64,000 bases of DNA from Clostridia bacterium (GTDB lineage: Bacteria > Bacillota > Clostridia > Acetivibrionales > JAFADI01), in NCBI GenBank assembly GCA_026417615.1, contig JAOACY010000104.1, positions 37,892-101,891 on the forward strand, in the 5' to 3' direction. The notes beneath the pieces are model-generated. The model was not told the DNA's origin. It ran no database searches and saw only the letters and a list, made by a program, of their open reading frames with translations. Below, in pieces: positions 39,623-49,540 of this stretch (the stretch's first letter is position 1; every line of letters starts with the position of its first letter). Made by a program: the position numbers and the translations under genes.

Positions 39623-40498
39623 CTATATATATAGCTTGAGCATTTCTCTTCGGCTCTTTATGCTTCTATCCTTCAGTTCTTCAATATGCTGCATTCCAAG
39701 CTTTCTGCACCCTGGTTTAACTGGCTTCTCACCATATGCGCCGTGAAAATCACTGCCTCCTGTTAAAACCAGGTTGTATTTTTCCGCAATTTCAAGGCAC
39801 CTATCCTCATTCTCGGCGTTGTGTGAAGGATGATAGGCTTCTATACCATCAAGTCCTTCACTTACCCATTCACCAACCGCGTCAAAATTTCCATATTGTC
39901 CCGGATGCGCCAGGACAGCAACTCCGCCCGCTGCCTTGACAGCCTTTATAGCTTGAATTACATCAATATACTCAATCGGAGTATATGCTATGCCAGGTAT
40001 GCCTGAGTCGTAACTTCTGGAAAAGAGTCTTTTATATAAATCACAATAAATCTGCGTGCAATAGCCCATATCTAAAAGAGCATGCATTATATGCTGCTTA
40101 TAAACTCCAGTACCTCCTTCGGCATAGCTCTCGACCTGCTTCCAGGTTATTTTGTACCCTGCGTCAATAATTCTGTTCACCATGTTTTGTGATGCAATAC
40201 TCCGTCTTTGCACCATGGTTCTGCATATGTTTTCAATTGCCGGATGTCCCGCTTCAATGTAAAAGCCGAGTATATGTGCTTTTTTATTTCTTTTGTAATC
40301 AAAAGCTGATATTTCTATTCCCGGTATTATGTTTACTCCTGCTTCAGCCCCCAGAATTACAGCTTCCTTTAAGCCTGAAGTTGTATCATGATCCGTAATT
40401 CCAAGGTATTTTACACCCACATTCTTGGCAAGCTGTATTACGTCCCGGATTGTCATGGAACAATCAGATATTTTTGTATGGCAGTGAAGATCATTCAT
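39623..40498 (-). CDS. phnPP: PHP-family phosphoesterase, probable phosphoribosyl 1,2-cyclic phosphate 1,2-diphosphodiesterase (PhnPP-like)
   Basis: DLHCHT..SD, ITDHDT, GIEIS, HILG, LAHP and GGSDFHG motifs; inside a C-P lyase operon lacking phnP and phnN. Confidence 0.72.
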   Translation of the reverse strand: MNDLHCHTKISDCSMTIRDVIQLAKNVGVKYLGITDHDTTSGLKEAVILGAEAGVNIIPGIEISAFDYKRNKKAHILGFYIEAGHPAIENICRTMVQRRSIASQNMVNRIIDAGYKITWKQVESYAEGGTGVYKQHIMHALLDMGYCTQIYCDLYKRLFSRSYDSGIPGIAYTPIEYIDVIQAIKAVKAAGGVAVLAHPGQYGNFDAVGEWVSEGLDGIEAYHPSHNAENEDRCLEIAEKYNLVLTGGSDFHGAYGEKPVKPGCRKLGMQHIEELKDRSIKSRREMLKLYI

Positions 40499-40934
40499 GA
40501 TCCTTCACCTCAACCATAAAACTAATACCATGCTGTTCAAAGCCCAATTCCTCATAAAACCTGTGAGCTCTCACGCGCTTTTTGTTGCTCGAAAGCATGA
40601 GCTTGTAGCAGCCTTGTTCTCTGGCGCGTTTCATCGCATCCTGCATGAGCTGTCGTCCTATGCCCTTGCTTCTGTAGTAGGGGTGAACAACCACACTTTC
40701 AACAACAGCGAGGGGTTTCCCTCCATGCCCCAGGTTGTCAATCACTATGATGCAGTACGTTCCTATTATTGTTCCATCAAGCTCAGCTACCAGCATCTTG
40801 TAATAAGGATAGCTCTTTATTCTATCCCATATGTGCGCGATTTTTTCGGCAGTGATTTCTTCACTGTCACCTATATCAGTATATAGCTCCAGTATATTCG
40901 CGATATCATCAAATACAGCCTCTCTTATAAGCAT
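40491..40934 (-). CDS. phnO: GNAT acetyltransferase, probable aminoalkylphosphonate N-acetyltransferase
   Basis: VVV...YRSKGIGRQL, 'L.S...R..AHRFYE.LGF'; inside the phn operon. Confidence 0.6.
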   Translation of the reverse strand: MLIREAVFDDIANILELYTDIGDSEEITAEKIAHIWDRIKSYPYYKMLVAELDGTIIGTYCIIVIDNLGHGGKPLAVVESVVVHPYYRSKGIGRQLMQDAMKRAREQGCYKLMLSSNKKRVRAHRFYEELGFEQHGISFMVEVKDHE

Positions 40935-42133
40935 AGCTTCTCCTCCTCAAGGCACTTAATTATATGGAAGTTATTTTGATATACAGTTTCACCTTCGACT
41001 ATTGTCCTTCTTACCAGGGGATAGCCGTTATGCATCTCCACCAGAACAAGATTCGCCTTTTTGCCGGCCTCAATTGAGCCAAGTTCCGAATCAATGCCAA
41101 GTGCCTTTGCGGGATTTAGGGTAACCATGTTTACTGCTTTATGAAGTCCTACCCCCTCCTCGTGTACTATAAATACAGCCGGAATCATGGATGAGGGAAG
41201 ATAGTCGGAACAAATTATATCGGCAGCTCCTTCCATTACTGCATCCATTGCCCTCATGTTTTTACTGTGAGAGCTTCCCCTTACTATATTGGGAGCTCCG
41301 ACACAAACGTGTATACCCTTATCCTTTGCGTACCTGGCAGTCTCAATGTTTATAGGGAACTCCGAAACGTTACCCTTATAGCATACCAAGGCATCTATCT
41401 TTCCCATGCAGTCATCATCATGGCTTGCAAGCTTTATTCCAAGCCTGTTTGCCTTATTTGCAAGGGCAGCGAGTCTATTCCAATCTATTTTCTCCTTAAG
41501 GTTTAAAAGTTTTTCCACTGACGCCTCCGCCATATCAGCAGTGAACCCGTATGACTTCATCATGAACTCATGATACGCCCCATTCTTTGCAAACTGTCCC
41601 TGTCCGGGCGTATGATCCATAAAGGACAGAAAATCAATCAACTCCTTATCAAGCATTTCATCAATCAATTCCAATCCCTCAAGAAATGTAACCTCATATC
41701 TTAGATGAATCCGATGGTCGATCATTGCACGAATTTTTTGATAATTCCGTATACCCTCTATTATTTCAAGCACTGTGCTCCTTCCTCTTACACCCCACTC
41801 ACTGCTAAGGCTCAGAGAATGATACATTGTTGTTATCCCGCATCCGGCCAGTTTCTTTTCCAACTCCCGGAAGGACATATACAGCGGAAACATGGCATTT
41901 GGCCTGGGCTGAATTTCCTTTTCCATCGCATCACTGTGAATATCAATAACACCTGGCATCAGGTACATTCCATCTGCCTCGATAACTTCCAAAGGCCTTT
42001 CAATAGACATTGCACTGTTGCAATCCTTATATATGCCTTTTATTCGTCCATCCTCAATATGAACGTCCCCCTTTATAACTTCATCAGGAAGAACAATATG
42101 AGAATTTCTTATCAATTTGCTCGCACTAATCAT
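40925..42133 (-). CDS. phnM: Alpha-D-ribose 1-methylphosphonate 5-triphosphate diphosphatase
   Basis: PGVIDIHSD..EK...PRP, H.RYE, MDHTPGQGQ, ASHDD, SEFP, GAPN.VRG.SHS and SDY.P. Confidence 0.95.
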   Translation of the reverse strand: MISASKLIRNSHIVLPDEVIKGDVHIEDGRIKGIYKDCNSAMSIERPLEVIEADGMYLMPGVIDIHSDAMEKEIQPRPNAMFPLYMSFRELEKKLAGCGITTMYHSLSLSSEWGVRGRSTVLEIIEGIRNYQKIRAMIDHRIHLRYEVTFLEGLELIDEMLDKELIDFLSFMDHTPGQGQFAKNGAYHEFMMKSYGFTADMAEASVEKLLNLKEKIDWNRLAALANKANRLGIKLASHDDDCMGKIDALVCYKGNVSEFPINIETARYAKDKGIHVCVGAPNIVRGSSHSKNMRAMDAVMEGAADIICSDYLPSSMIPAVFIVHEEGVGLHKAVNMVTLNPAKALGIDSELGSIEAGKKANLVLVEMHNGYPLVRRTIVEGETVYQNNFHIIKCLEEEKLCL

Positions 42134-42168
42134 ATCACCCTCCGCTAAACCTCTCAATAAATTCATTT

Positions 42169-42867
42169 TCAAGCATATACGCAGCCCCTTCCTTCTTTTA
42201 AGTCAATACGGCTGTCTGCCAGCTTGTTAAGAGTATCATAATCATGAAATACCCCTATCATGGCTGTACCCTCACTTTTTAGCTCCAAAATCAGATTTAC
42301 AACCTCATGCCTTGTCTTTGGGTCGAGAGATGCTGTCGGTTCATCAAGCATAAGCAGTCTGGGTCTGGTTATGATTGCATGGATGATGTTTAGTCTCTGC
42401 TTTTCTCCTCCGCTAAAGGTAGATGGAAACATATCCCAAAGAGAAGGAGAAATATTCATCCTCTCAAGCAGCTCTTTTGCTCTTTCAATGCTTGCCTGTC
42501 TATCCTGCCCCCTGGATATAAGGGCCCCCGAAAGTATTTCAAGAGCAGACACGCGTGGTATTACATGAAAAAACTGTGAAATATATCCCAATTCATTTCT
42601 TCTGAGCTTTAGCACTGTATGATCATCTGCAGAGGAAAGATTGTATTCCTTACCTGTCGAGTCGGTATACCAGATATCTCCCTCAGTTGGAAGGTATGTC
42701 CTGTAAATGCACTTAAGCAGCGAAGACTTTCCTATTCCACTTGGTCCGGTTACGCCGATAAATTCGCCCTTAGCTGCACTAAAGCTTACATTCTTGAAGC
42801 TTAATATCTTCTTGCCTCCACGTATATGCATTGTAAATGTCTTTGATAAATTAACTACATTAAGCAC
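42169..42867 (-). CDS. phnL: C-P lyase ATP-binding protein PhnL
   Basis: KTFTMH, GKSSLLKCIYRTY.P, SQF..VIPRV and P.TFSGGEKQR.N. GTG start. Confidence 0.93.
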   Translation of the reverse strand: MLNVVNLSKTFTMHIRGGKKILSFKNVSFSAAKGEFIGVTGPSGIGKSSLLKCIYRTYLPTEGDIWYTDSTGKEYNLSSADDHTVLKLRRNELGYISQFFHVIPRVSALEILSGALISRGQDRQASIERAKELLERMNISPSLWDMFPSTFSGGEKQRLNIIHAIITRPRLLMLDEPTASLDPKTRHEVVNLILELKSEGTAMIGVFHDYDTLNKLADSRIDLKEGRGCVYA

Positions 42868-42886
42868 GCGTTCAACCTCTTTCCTT

Positions 42887-43729
42887 TTAAAGCATTGAAT
42901 GTACAAGCAGCTGGGCATAGGCATGCTGAGGGTCTTCCAGCACCTGATCCGTCAATCCTTTTTCTACTATCCTTCCATTCTTCAGTACGATTGTCCTGTT
43001 TGTAAGAAGTCTTATAACACCAAGGTCATGTGATACCACTATCATGGATATGTTTAAATCCTGCTGCAGGCTTTTTATAAGATCCAGTACCTTTGCCTGA
43101 ACGGAAACATCAAGGCCTGTGGTTACTTCATCCAGAAGGAGAAGCGGAGGATTGTTGGCCAGGGCCTTTGCAATCTGAACCCTTTGCTGCATGCCTCCAC
43201 TGAGTCTCTTAGGCATTTCATCCATATAGTAAAGAGGTATCTCTGTTTTACCCAGAAGTTCTTTTCCCCTTGCCCTTATGGATTCAAAATGAAACATATC
43301 TGCCGAAAGCAGCTTTTCTGCAATGTTTCCTCCGCTGGTAACATTAAGTCTCAAACCTCTCACGGAATTCTGATATACCATGCCCATCATATGGTTTCTG
43401 ATAAATCTCTTTTTGCTTTCTGGAGCTTTCAGGATATTCGAAAGTCCATTATCAAAGCAGCACAGGTAAGCTTCGCCATGTGAAGCCTCCTGGTCAAAGT
43501 AAAGGCACTGCACCAGACTGCTTTTCCCAGAGCCGCTTTCTCCCACTATCCCAAGGATTTCTCCCTGGTAAAGTTCGAAGCTTATGTCCTGCAAAGCCAC
43601 AACTGTTCCGCACTTTGGGCAAACATTACTGTTATGCTCAGGCCCAGTGAGCTTTTCACATTGACTGCAGCCTTTTCCGAATTTCTTGCTGAGATTGTTC
43701 ACCTTTAAGATTAATTTATCACAATCCAT
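42887..43729 (-). CDS. phnK: C-P lyase ATP-binding protein PhnK
   Basis: GIVGESGSGKS, SGGNIAEKL, SGGMQQRVQIA, DEVTTGLDVSVQA and GLTDQVLEDPQH.Y.QLLV. Confidence 0.95.
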   Translation of the reverse strand: MDCDKLILKVNNLSKKFGKGCSQCEKLTGPEHNSNVCPKCGTVVALQDISFELYQGEILGIVGESGSGKSSLVQCLYFDQEASHGEAYLCCFDNGLSNILKAPESKKRFIRNHMMGMVYQNSVRGLRLNVTSGGNIAEKLLSADMFHFESIRARGKELLGKTEIPLYYMDEMPKRLSGGMQQRVQIAKALANNPPLLLLDEVTTGLDVSVQAKVLDLIKSLQQDLNISMIVVSHDLGVIRLLTNRTIVLKNGRIVEKGLTDQVLEDPQHAYAQLLVHSML

Positions 43730-44570
43730 TTCTTTCCAAACCCCCAAGCCGGCTGTCACAGTATCCTGTGTCAGAACACACATGATACTTGCAGCCTGTT
43801 TCTTCATCGTATATTTCATCCAGATAAGCATCAACTGCTCCGCACCTGCAGCAGCAAAGCCCCTCAAAGCTTTCCACCTCAAATGGCTTGTCGGCAAACT
43901 GCAATGGCTCAACATCAGTGTAAGGAGGCACAGCGTATATACGTTTTTCCCTGCCGGCTCCAAAAAGATACAGGCACTCTGACTGGTGCAGCTTATAGAT
44001 ATCCCATTTTGGAATAGGTGAAGGGGACATAACATAGTGTCCGTTAACCTTACATGGGTAGCTTGCTCCAATTGATATGGAACCCCATTTCACAATATCC
44101 TCATACAGTGTAACCCACAGTCGGCTGTAATCCTTCTCCGAATGCATCCTTCTCGTTTCCGCTTCACTGGGCTCAACCAATCTCAAGGGTTCTGGAAGTG
44201 GTACCTGGAATACTAAAATCTGCCCTTCTTTCATGGGCACTTCAGGTATCCTGTGCCTTGTCTGAATTATTGTTGCCTTATGTGTCTCAAAAGTAGTTCT
44301 TACACCTGTGGTTTTAGAAATAAGCTTTCTTAGGTTTACTGCGTTAACGCTTCCGTCGCATCCCTGGTCTATTACTTTAAGCACATCTTCGGGGCCTATT
44401 ATTGCCATTGTTATCTGCAGCCCCCCAGTCCCCCAGCCCCTGGCGATAGGCAGCTCTCTTGATGCAAATGGCACCTGATGTCCTGGAATAGCAATTGCCT
44501 TCAGCAGCTTCCTCCGTATTTCCTTTTTGGCATTTTCGTCTATGAAAGCAAAATTATACTCAAAGGTCAT
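43719..44570 (-). CDS. phnJ: C-P lyase radical SAM subunit PhnJ
   Basis: YNFAF.DE, AIPG.QVPFASRE.P..RGWGTGG (glycyl radical Gly), GAGREKRIYAVPPYT and CxxC...CSDT.YC. Confidence 0.97.
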   Translation of the reverse strand: MTFEYNFAFIDENAKKEIRRKLLKAIAIPGHQVPFASRELPIARGWGTGGLQITMAIIGPEDVLKVIDQGCDGSVNAVNLRKLISKTTGVRTTFETHKATIIQTRHRIPEVPMKEGQILVFQVPLPEPLRLVEPSEAETRRMHSEKDYSRLWVTLYEDIVKWGSISIGASYPCKVNGHYVMSPSPIPKWDIYKLHQSECLYLFGAGREKRIYAVPPYTDVEPLQFADKPFEVESFEGLCCCRCGAVDAYLDEIYDEETGCKYHVCSDTGYCDSRLGGLERNGL

Positions 44571-45684
44571 TAATGTTCTCCCCTGTCTTAACTTCTTTTT
44601 TGGATTTTTTCTCCTGGGTTGCTCTTAGCCTGTCAAGATCCGATTGAAAGGTAATATAGTGGGGAAGCTTGAAATGTGCACAAAAGCCTGATGACTCAAT
44701 CCCATCGGTATGCATCAGGACGAATTCCTGATCCTGAGCGGGTGCATCAGCCTTTTCCTCCTTCATAGTCCTGTCCAGCACTGCCATTGAAATTGCTTTG
44801 ACTTCATTGCACCCAAAACAGCATCCGTAACCCAACGTAAAATAAGGCTTCTCATCCTGTCCGCAAGACTCAAACTTTGCAAGTATTTCCGCTTCAGTCA
44901 CTTGTATTGAACCTATTGTAACAGTTTCATTCTCTCTGAACGGATGAGGAATGCGCACCGGAACATGTCCGACTCTTAGCTCTGCAATTGTCGGGTGGAT
45001 GCTGCCATAACCCCTCATACTGCTGTATGCCAGGGCGAGCACTCCTCCCGTCTCGCTTCTGGAAAGCATTTGAAGGCTTGAGCTTCTATCTGCGGGAAAT
45101 GCTACAGATTCCTTCGTGATATCCGCCGCAGCTTCCTCCGTCTCTCTAGCCGCCTCTTTCACAAGGCCCTGGCTCTTTAATATGTCAACAACCTTAACAA
45201 AGCCTTTTTCTCCAATGGGCTTAGGTTTTAATTCCGCTTCATAGTCAGACAGAGCCTTGTGCATTGCTTCCTCGTCTTCCTCAACGAGCGAAAAATCCAG
45301 CATGCGCTGTTTGTAATCCTGGGTGGGGCCCAGTATTTGCCCCCCCGGAATATCTTTAAAAGCAGAGGAAATTCTTCTTGTAATTCTTTGTTCCTGCATA
45401 TTGAGAGGCAATGTGTCAACAATTCTTTTCAAGGTTGACCTGTAAGCTCTGATATAGAAAGCCGCCTCCAGAGGATCCCCTTCAGATTGCTTAATTGCAA
45501 GAGCTGCATGAAAAGGAGAATAAAGGCTGCCCTCCCCCATGACACGGTCAACCAAAAAACGCAGCTGGTCTTGAATCTGTTTTACCGTCAATGGCAGGCT
45601 TTTTCCTTTCAGCCTCAGATAGTTTGAAAGCTTTTCTGAGTTTTCTATGGCGTCCGTTCCGCCTTGAACCGCTACATAGCCCAT
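44560..45684 (-). CDS. phnI: C-P lyase subunit PhnI
   Basis: YVAVQGG..AI, EGSLYS, RAYRSTL, RRISSAFKDIPGGQILGPT.DY and HFKLPHY.TFQS.L. Confidence 0.97.
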   Translation of the reverse strand: MGYVAVQGGTDAIENSEKLSNYLRLKGKSLPLTVKQIQDQLRFLVDRVMGEGSLYSPFHAALAIKQSEGDPLEAAFYIRAYRSTLKRIVDTLPLNMQEQRITRRISSAFKDIPGGQILGPTQDYKQRMLDFSLVEEDEEAMHKALSDYEAELKPKPIGEKGFVKVVDILKSQGLVKEAARETEEAAADITKESVAFPADRSSSLQMLSRSETGGVLALAYSSMRGYGSIHPTIAELRVGHVPVRIPHPFRENETVTIGSIQVTEAEILAKFESCGQDEKPYFTLGYGCCFGCNEVKAISMAVLDRTMKEEKADAPAQDQEFVLMHTDGIESSGFCAHFKLPHYITFQSDLDRLRATQEKKSKKEVKTGENINDL

Positions 45685-45687
45685 AAT

Positions 45688-46317
45688 TTATGCCACCTCC
45701 ACCTTCGATGTCCTCGGAATGCAAACAATATTGCCCGACCAGTCTATAAGCATAACATCAATACCTATTGGAAATTCTGAATTTATTTCGGGCAATGCTG
45801 TAAGATAATTCAAATCCAGTCCCTCTAAAGCAAAAAGGTTTTCTGATTTTACACCCGGTCCTTTTATTCTGACCCTCATACCATTCTCATCAACCCTGCC
45901 GTTAATTCCCGTATATATTCTTTCTACTGATATAATGGCAGTTGCGCTGTTCTCCGGAAATTCCGAAGTGCCTTTGTTTAACCTCTCATAAGCGCAGCTG
46001 TAATCATTTCCTTCAAACAGCACAAAATCAGCAGCTTCTTCCTTATCAAATCCAGCACCCGTATTAATTTCTATGTATCTTTTCCATTCGTCACTTTTTT
46101 TCGAAGAAATCCCAAACTTCACACAATTGTCGCATAATGTTTTCAATATTAGCAAAGAGTATGGGTTTAAGCCATCAGCCACCTCTTTAAAGCAATGCTC
46201 ACCCAGGTTCTTAATTCTGCCCGGGTAACTCATTGCTTCCATAATAACCCTGAATATTCTCTGAGAGTCAAACACCTCGTCAAAGCCTGCTTCTTTAACA
46301 ATCTGCTGCATTTTCAA
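45688..46317 (-). CDS. phnH: C-P lyase subunit PhnH
   Basis: SQ..FR..M.AMS.PG, TLCD, GT..FPE.SAT, GPGV, FP.GID and IPRT. Confidence 0.93.
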   Translation of the reverse strand: MKMQQIVKEAGFDEVFDSQRIFRVIMEAMSYPGRIKNLGEHCFKEVADGLNPYSLLILKTLCDNCVKFGISSKKSDEWKRYIEINTGAGFDKEEAADFVLFEGNDYSCAYERLNKGTSEFPENSATAIISVERIYTGINGRVDENGMRVRIKGPGVKSENLFALEGLDLNYLTALPEINSEFPIGIDVMLIDWSGNIVCIPRTSKVEVA

Positions 46318-46727
46318 CCCTTCTTTACATCAAAATTAACCCTGGTGGAAGCTACCCTTGCCGCTTCCTGTTCCCATAAGCTGTATAAAGCTTTCTCCAG
46401 GTCATCAATCATGGGCTTGATTTGGTCTGAAAGCTTATGACCGGATCCCAAAACCGCATCAACAACTGCTGCATAAAAAGCCCTCTCGGGCTCATATCCA
46501 AGCACGCACCCATATCCAAGATTTCTGTCAACCTCGACCTCACATTCCAGCACGAATGCCTCTCCCATGTAAAAAGGAGTACCCTCCACGGAATCCCTGT
46601 GTCTGACCATAACCATGGCAGGCGTAACATTTCGTATTATTTTTATCTGTGCATTTTGGGAAATGTGATCAAATATCTTTTTGAGTCCTTCCATGCTGCC
46701 TTCTGCCACTACTTGTGAATAATGCAT
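46314..46727 (-). CDS. phnG: C-P lyase subunit PhnG
   Basis: MV..RDSV.G.PFYMGE..V.EC.V, GYG.VLG, A.VDA and STRVNF. Confidence 0.92.
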   Translation of the reverse strand: MHYSQVVAEGSMEGLKKIFDHISQNAQIKIIRNVTPAMVMVRHRDSVEGTPFYMGEAFVLECEVEVDRNLGYGCVLGYEPERAFYAAVVDAVLGSGHKLSDQIKPMIDDLEKALYSLWEQEAARVASTRVNFDVKKG

Positions 46728-46800
46728 ATGTGCCTCCCTCCGGGTCACTTCATTTTTATCCTGCTTTCAGGAACAGCTGAACTGCTCCATTTCTTAAAAC

Positions 46801-47550
46801 TCAGCGCAAAAGTCCCTTTTCTTCGTCGAAACGCACTGATACTTTGACTATATCCGACCTAAACTTGGATATGCACTGTTCAATCGGGACACCTGCCTGA
46901 TCAACCGCAATGCTTGTTACCTGAAGCAGCGGGGAGTTTAATCTTATGGATAGCAGCTTGCTTTCCTTTTTATCAGCCAGCGAGGCTTCATATACCGAGC
47001 TTATCCTTACAGGCTTGATACCGTATTCATTTTCAAAGGTTTTATACAAAGAAAGATATTTTACTATATGTAAATTAAGATCAGGCACACGTTTTTCAGG
47101 GATAAAGGAGCGGGTAAGGATTGCAGGTATATTATTGTAATGTCTTAAAAAATAAATCAACCAGACAACTTCACCCCTGTTCATGCCGAAAAGACTCACT
47201 TGCTCCTCTGTTGGATATACAGTCTGAATCTCCAGAATATTTACGCAAGGAATCATATTGTTCTCAATTATGGTATTCGAGTAGCTGGTATTCTTGTTTA
47301 TAGTAAGATTTATACAGTCAGTTTTAACAAAATAACCCTTTCTCCTTATTGTGTATACGTAGCCGTCAGCAATAAGCTTTTCAATCGCTCTTCTTACTGT
47401 AAATCTGTTTACACCCATTTTTTCAGACAAAGCCCTTTCCGAAGGCAGCTGCTGACTGGTGTCATATTCACCCTTTTCGATACTGTTCTTTATGAATTGA
47501 TAAACTTGATAATAACAAGGTATAGGACTATCCTTGTTTACAATATTCAT
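46801..47550 (-). CDS. phnF: GntR/HutC-family regulator PhnF
   Basis: wHTH LPSER.L....GVNR.TVRRA and C-terminal UTRA domain; first gene of the phn operon. Confidence 0.85.
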   Translation of the reverse strand: MNIVNKDSPIPCYYQVYQFIKNSIEKGEYDTSQQLPSERALSEKMGVNRFTVRRAIEKLIADGYVYTIRRKGYFVKTDCINLTINKNTSYSNTIIENNMIPCVNILEIQTVYPTEEQVSLFGMNRGEVVWLIYFLRHYNNIPAILTRSFIPEKRVPDLNLHIVKYLSLYKTFENEYGIKPVRISSVYEASLADKKESKLLSIRLNSPLLQVTSIAVDQAGVPIEQCISKFRSDIVKVSVRFDEEKGLLR

Positions 47551-47585
47551 TTTCTTTCTCCTCATAATTTATGAAACAAAAGGCC

Positions 47586-47607
47586 CTGGTATATATTTGT
47601 ATACCAG
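47586..47607. promoter_or_regulatory. Candidate PhnF operator (inverted repeat)
   Basis: CTGGTATA-tatttg-TATACCAG lies between the -10 box and the phnF start. Confidence 0.6.
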
Positions 47608-47632
47608 CACATTCAAATAATATACTTAAAGT

Positions 47633-47691
47633 ATTATAGTTGTATTATTGAAAGGTAAAATAGGATTAATTGAATGTTAAAGAAATGTTAA
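47633..47691 (-). promoter_or_regulatory. Pho-box array and -10 element for the phnF-phnG... operon
   Basis: Minus strand TTAACA/TTAACA/TTAATC/TTACCT at exact 11-bp spacing, followed by TATAAT (47638-47633). Confidence 0.7.
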
Positions 47692-47750
47692 TATACGCAA
47701 TAAATAAGCAGTTGAATTCAGTAAGTTTTTCTATGAGTTAATCAAGATTC

Positions 47751-48905
47751 TTAATTTTTTTGTACTTCCCTTGAAATTTCATTTAATGCAGAAATGGTAA
47801 AGTCAATTTCCTCCACCGTATTAAAGCAGCCTACGCTTAGCCTGACAAGCCCGCACTTTAGCGTGCCAAGGCTTTTATGAGCCAGAGGAGCACAGTGCAA
47901 GCCAGCTCTTGTTGCAATGTGATATTTCCTGTCAAGCAGGCTGCTTATTTCATTAGAGTCCATATTTTTAAAACAAAGAGCCACAATGCCCGAATTCTTA
48001 TTGATATCACTTTTGCTGTAGAGCTTTGCTTCCTTTATATCCACGATACCTTCATGCAGCCTCTTAATAAGCTCAGACTTGTAATGCTTGATATTTTCAA
48101 TTCCGAAGCTTTTAATAAAGCTGGCGCCAAACCCTAAACCAACTATCCCGGGTGTGTTCAAAGTGCCGCTTTCCATGTAATCAGGCATAAATTCAGGCTG
48201 CAGGACACTTTCGGAGCTGCTTCCTGTTCCCCCCTGCATCAGACAGTTTATATGCACTCCCTCCCTGACGTACAGACCTCCTGTGCCCTGTGGCCCAAGC
48301 AAGCCCTTGTGGCCCGGGAAGGCAAGCATATCAATATTCATATCTTCTACATCAATTGTTACGCTGCCGGCTCCCTGGGATCCGTCTACCAGAAAGGTTA
48401 TGCCTTTATCCCTGGCAATTGCGCCTATTTCTTTTACAGGTAAAATGATTCCGTTTACATTTGATGATAAGGTAGCAGCAATAAGCTTTGTATTCGGCCT
48501 GATGCATCTGCCTATATCCTCGGGCTGTATCTCTCCGAAATCATTTCCTCGTACAATGGACAGCTCAACACCAAAGTCTCTTTCAAGGGTTTTTAAGGGT
48601 CTTATTACAGAGTTGTGCTCCATGCCGGTGGTTATGGCATGGTCTCCTGGCTTAAGACCCCCCTTGATTGCAATATTCAAAGCTTCTGTCGCATTTTTGG
48701 TAAAAACAAGCTGCAAGGGATTACTAATATTAAACAGGCTGCTGATTGTGTCTCTTGCTTGCATAACAGCCCTTCCCGCTTCAATGGACATGGCGTGTCC
48801 GCTTCTGCCGGGGTTGGCACAGTACTCCCGCATGCATCTTGCTATTTCTTCATAGACCTTTTCAGGCTTTGGAAATGATGTTGCGGCATTATCAAGATAT
48901 ATCAT
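47751..48905 (-). CDS. Cysteine desulfurase (class V aminotransferase)
   Basis: IYLDNAATSFPKP, NPGRSGH, EHNSV, PGHKGLLGPQGTG and R.GLHCAP. Confidence 0.92.
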   Translation of the reverse strand: MIYLDNAATSFPKPEKVYEEIARCMREYCANPGRSGHAMSIEAGRAVMQARDTISSLFNISNPLQLVFTKNATEALNIAIKGGLKPGDHAITTGMEHNSVIRPLKTLERDFGVELSIVRGNDFGEIQPEDIGRCIRPNTKLIAATLSSNVNGIILPVKEIGAIARDKGITFLVDGSQGAGSVTIDVEDMNIDMLAFPGHKGLLGPQGTGGLYVREGVHINCLMQGGTGSSSESVLQPEFMPDYMESGTLNTPGIVGLGFGASFIKSFGIENIKHYKSELIKRLHEGIVDIKEAKLYSKSDINKNSGIVALCFKNMDSNEISSLLDRKYHIATRAGLHCAPLAHKSLGTLKCGLVRLSVGCFNTVEEIDFTISALNEISREVQKN

Positions 48906-48977
48906 CCTGGCCTCCACAATGTATCTTAAAATATGGGCTTTTATATTATTTTATGTTTGGGAGGCAGGAAATGATTA

Positions 48978-49505
48978 TTATTCTTTTATTGCTTTACCCA
49001 GAGCTTTTATTATTAAAAGTGCAACAGCTCCGCCAAGGAGTGCCGTCCAAAGCTGCGCAACCCCGAAAAGAACACCTAGAGTCTTTGCCAGTTGGGGCTT
49101 TACCGTAACAACCCCAAGGAATATATTAATTCCGACAAAGAGGACTGCAAATTTAGTTATTGCACCGGCAGCAACCCCGAGTATCTGATTTTTATTTTTT
49201 AACAGGTAAAACAGAACGACTAGAACCGCATTGCCAAGAGCTATAACCGGTGCAAATGAAAGCAGCACAGTTGCGATTGGAGCATGATTGTTAATAAGGG
49301 ATGTAAAGGGTGATAGTACCGCTATCAAAACACCGCCCCAAAGCCCCGCAAATGCAGCAGCCACTATAAGGCAGGCGTTTACCAGTGGTCCGACGATAAA
49401 GTTGCTTACACCGGGAGGAAGCATCCTTCCTATCATCTGTACAGAAACTACTAAAGCCAGCAGTATTGCCGTTCTTGTTATAAATCTTACCTTTGAATTT
49501 TTCAT
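48978..49505 (-). CDS. ECF transporter S component (substrate unknown)
   Basis: About 175 aa, very hydrophobic, 'TRTA.LLAL', 'G.LVNA.L', 'GNA.LV' and 'QL.TAL.GG'. Confidence 0.8.
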   Translation of the reverse strand: MKNSKVRFITRTAILLALVVSVQMIGRMLPPGVSNFIVGPLVNACLIVAAAFAGLWGGVLIAVLSPFTSLINNHAPIATVLLSFAPVIALGNAVLVVLFYLLKNKNQILGVAAGAITKFAVLFVGINIFLGVVTVKPQLAKTLGVLFGVAQLWTALLGGAVALLIIKALGKAIKE

Positions 49506-49540
49506 ACACAATACCTCCGCAAATAAATTTTTAACCAATT

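Noticed and set aside
34217-47750. phn cluster as a tRNA-Pro-anchored genomic island
   Set aside because: No integrase and no duplicated tRNA 3' end at the far side; acquisition is possible but unsupported here.
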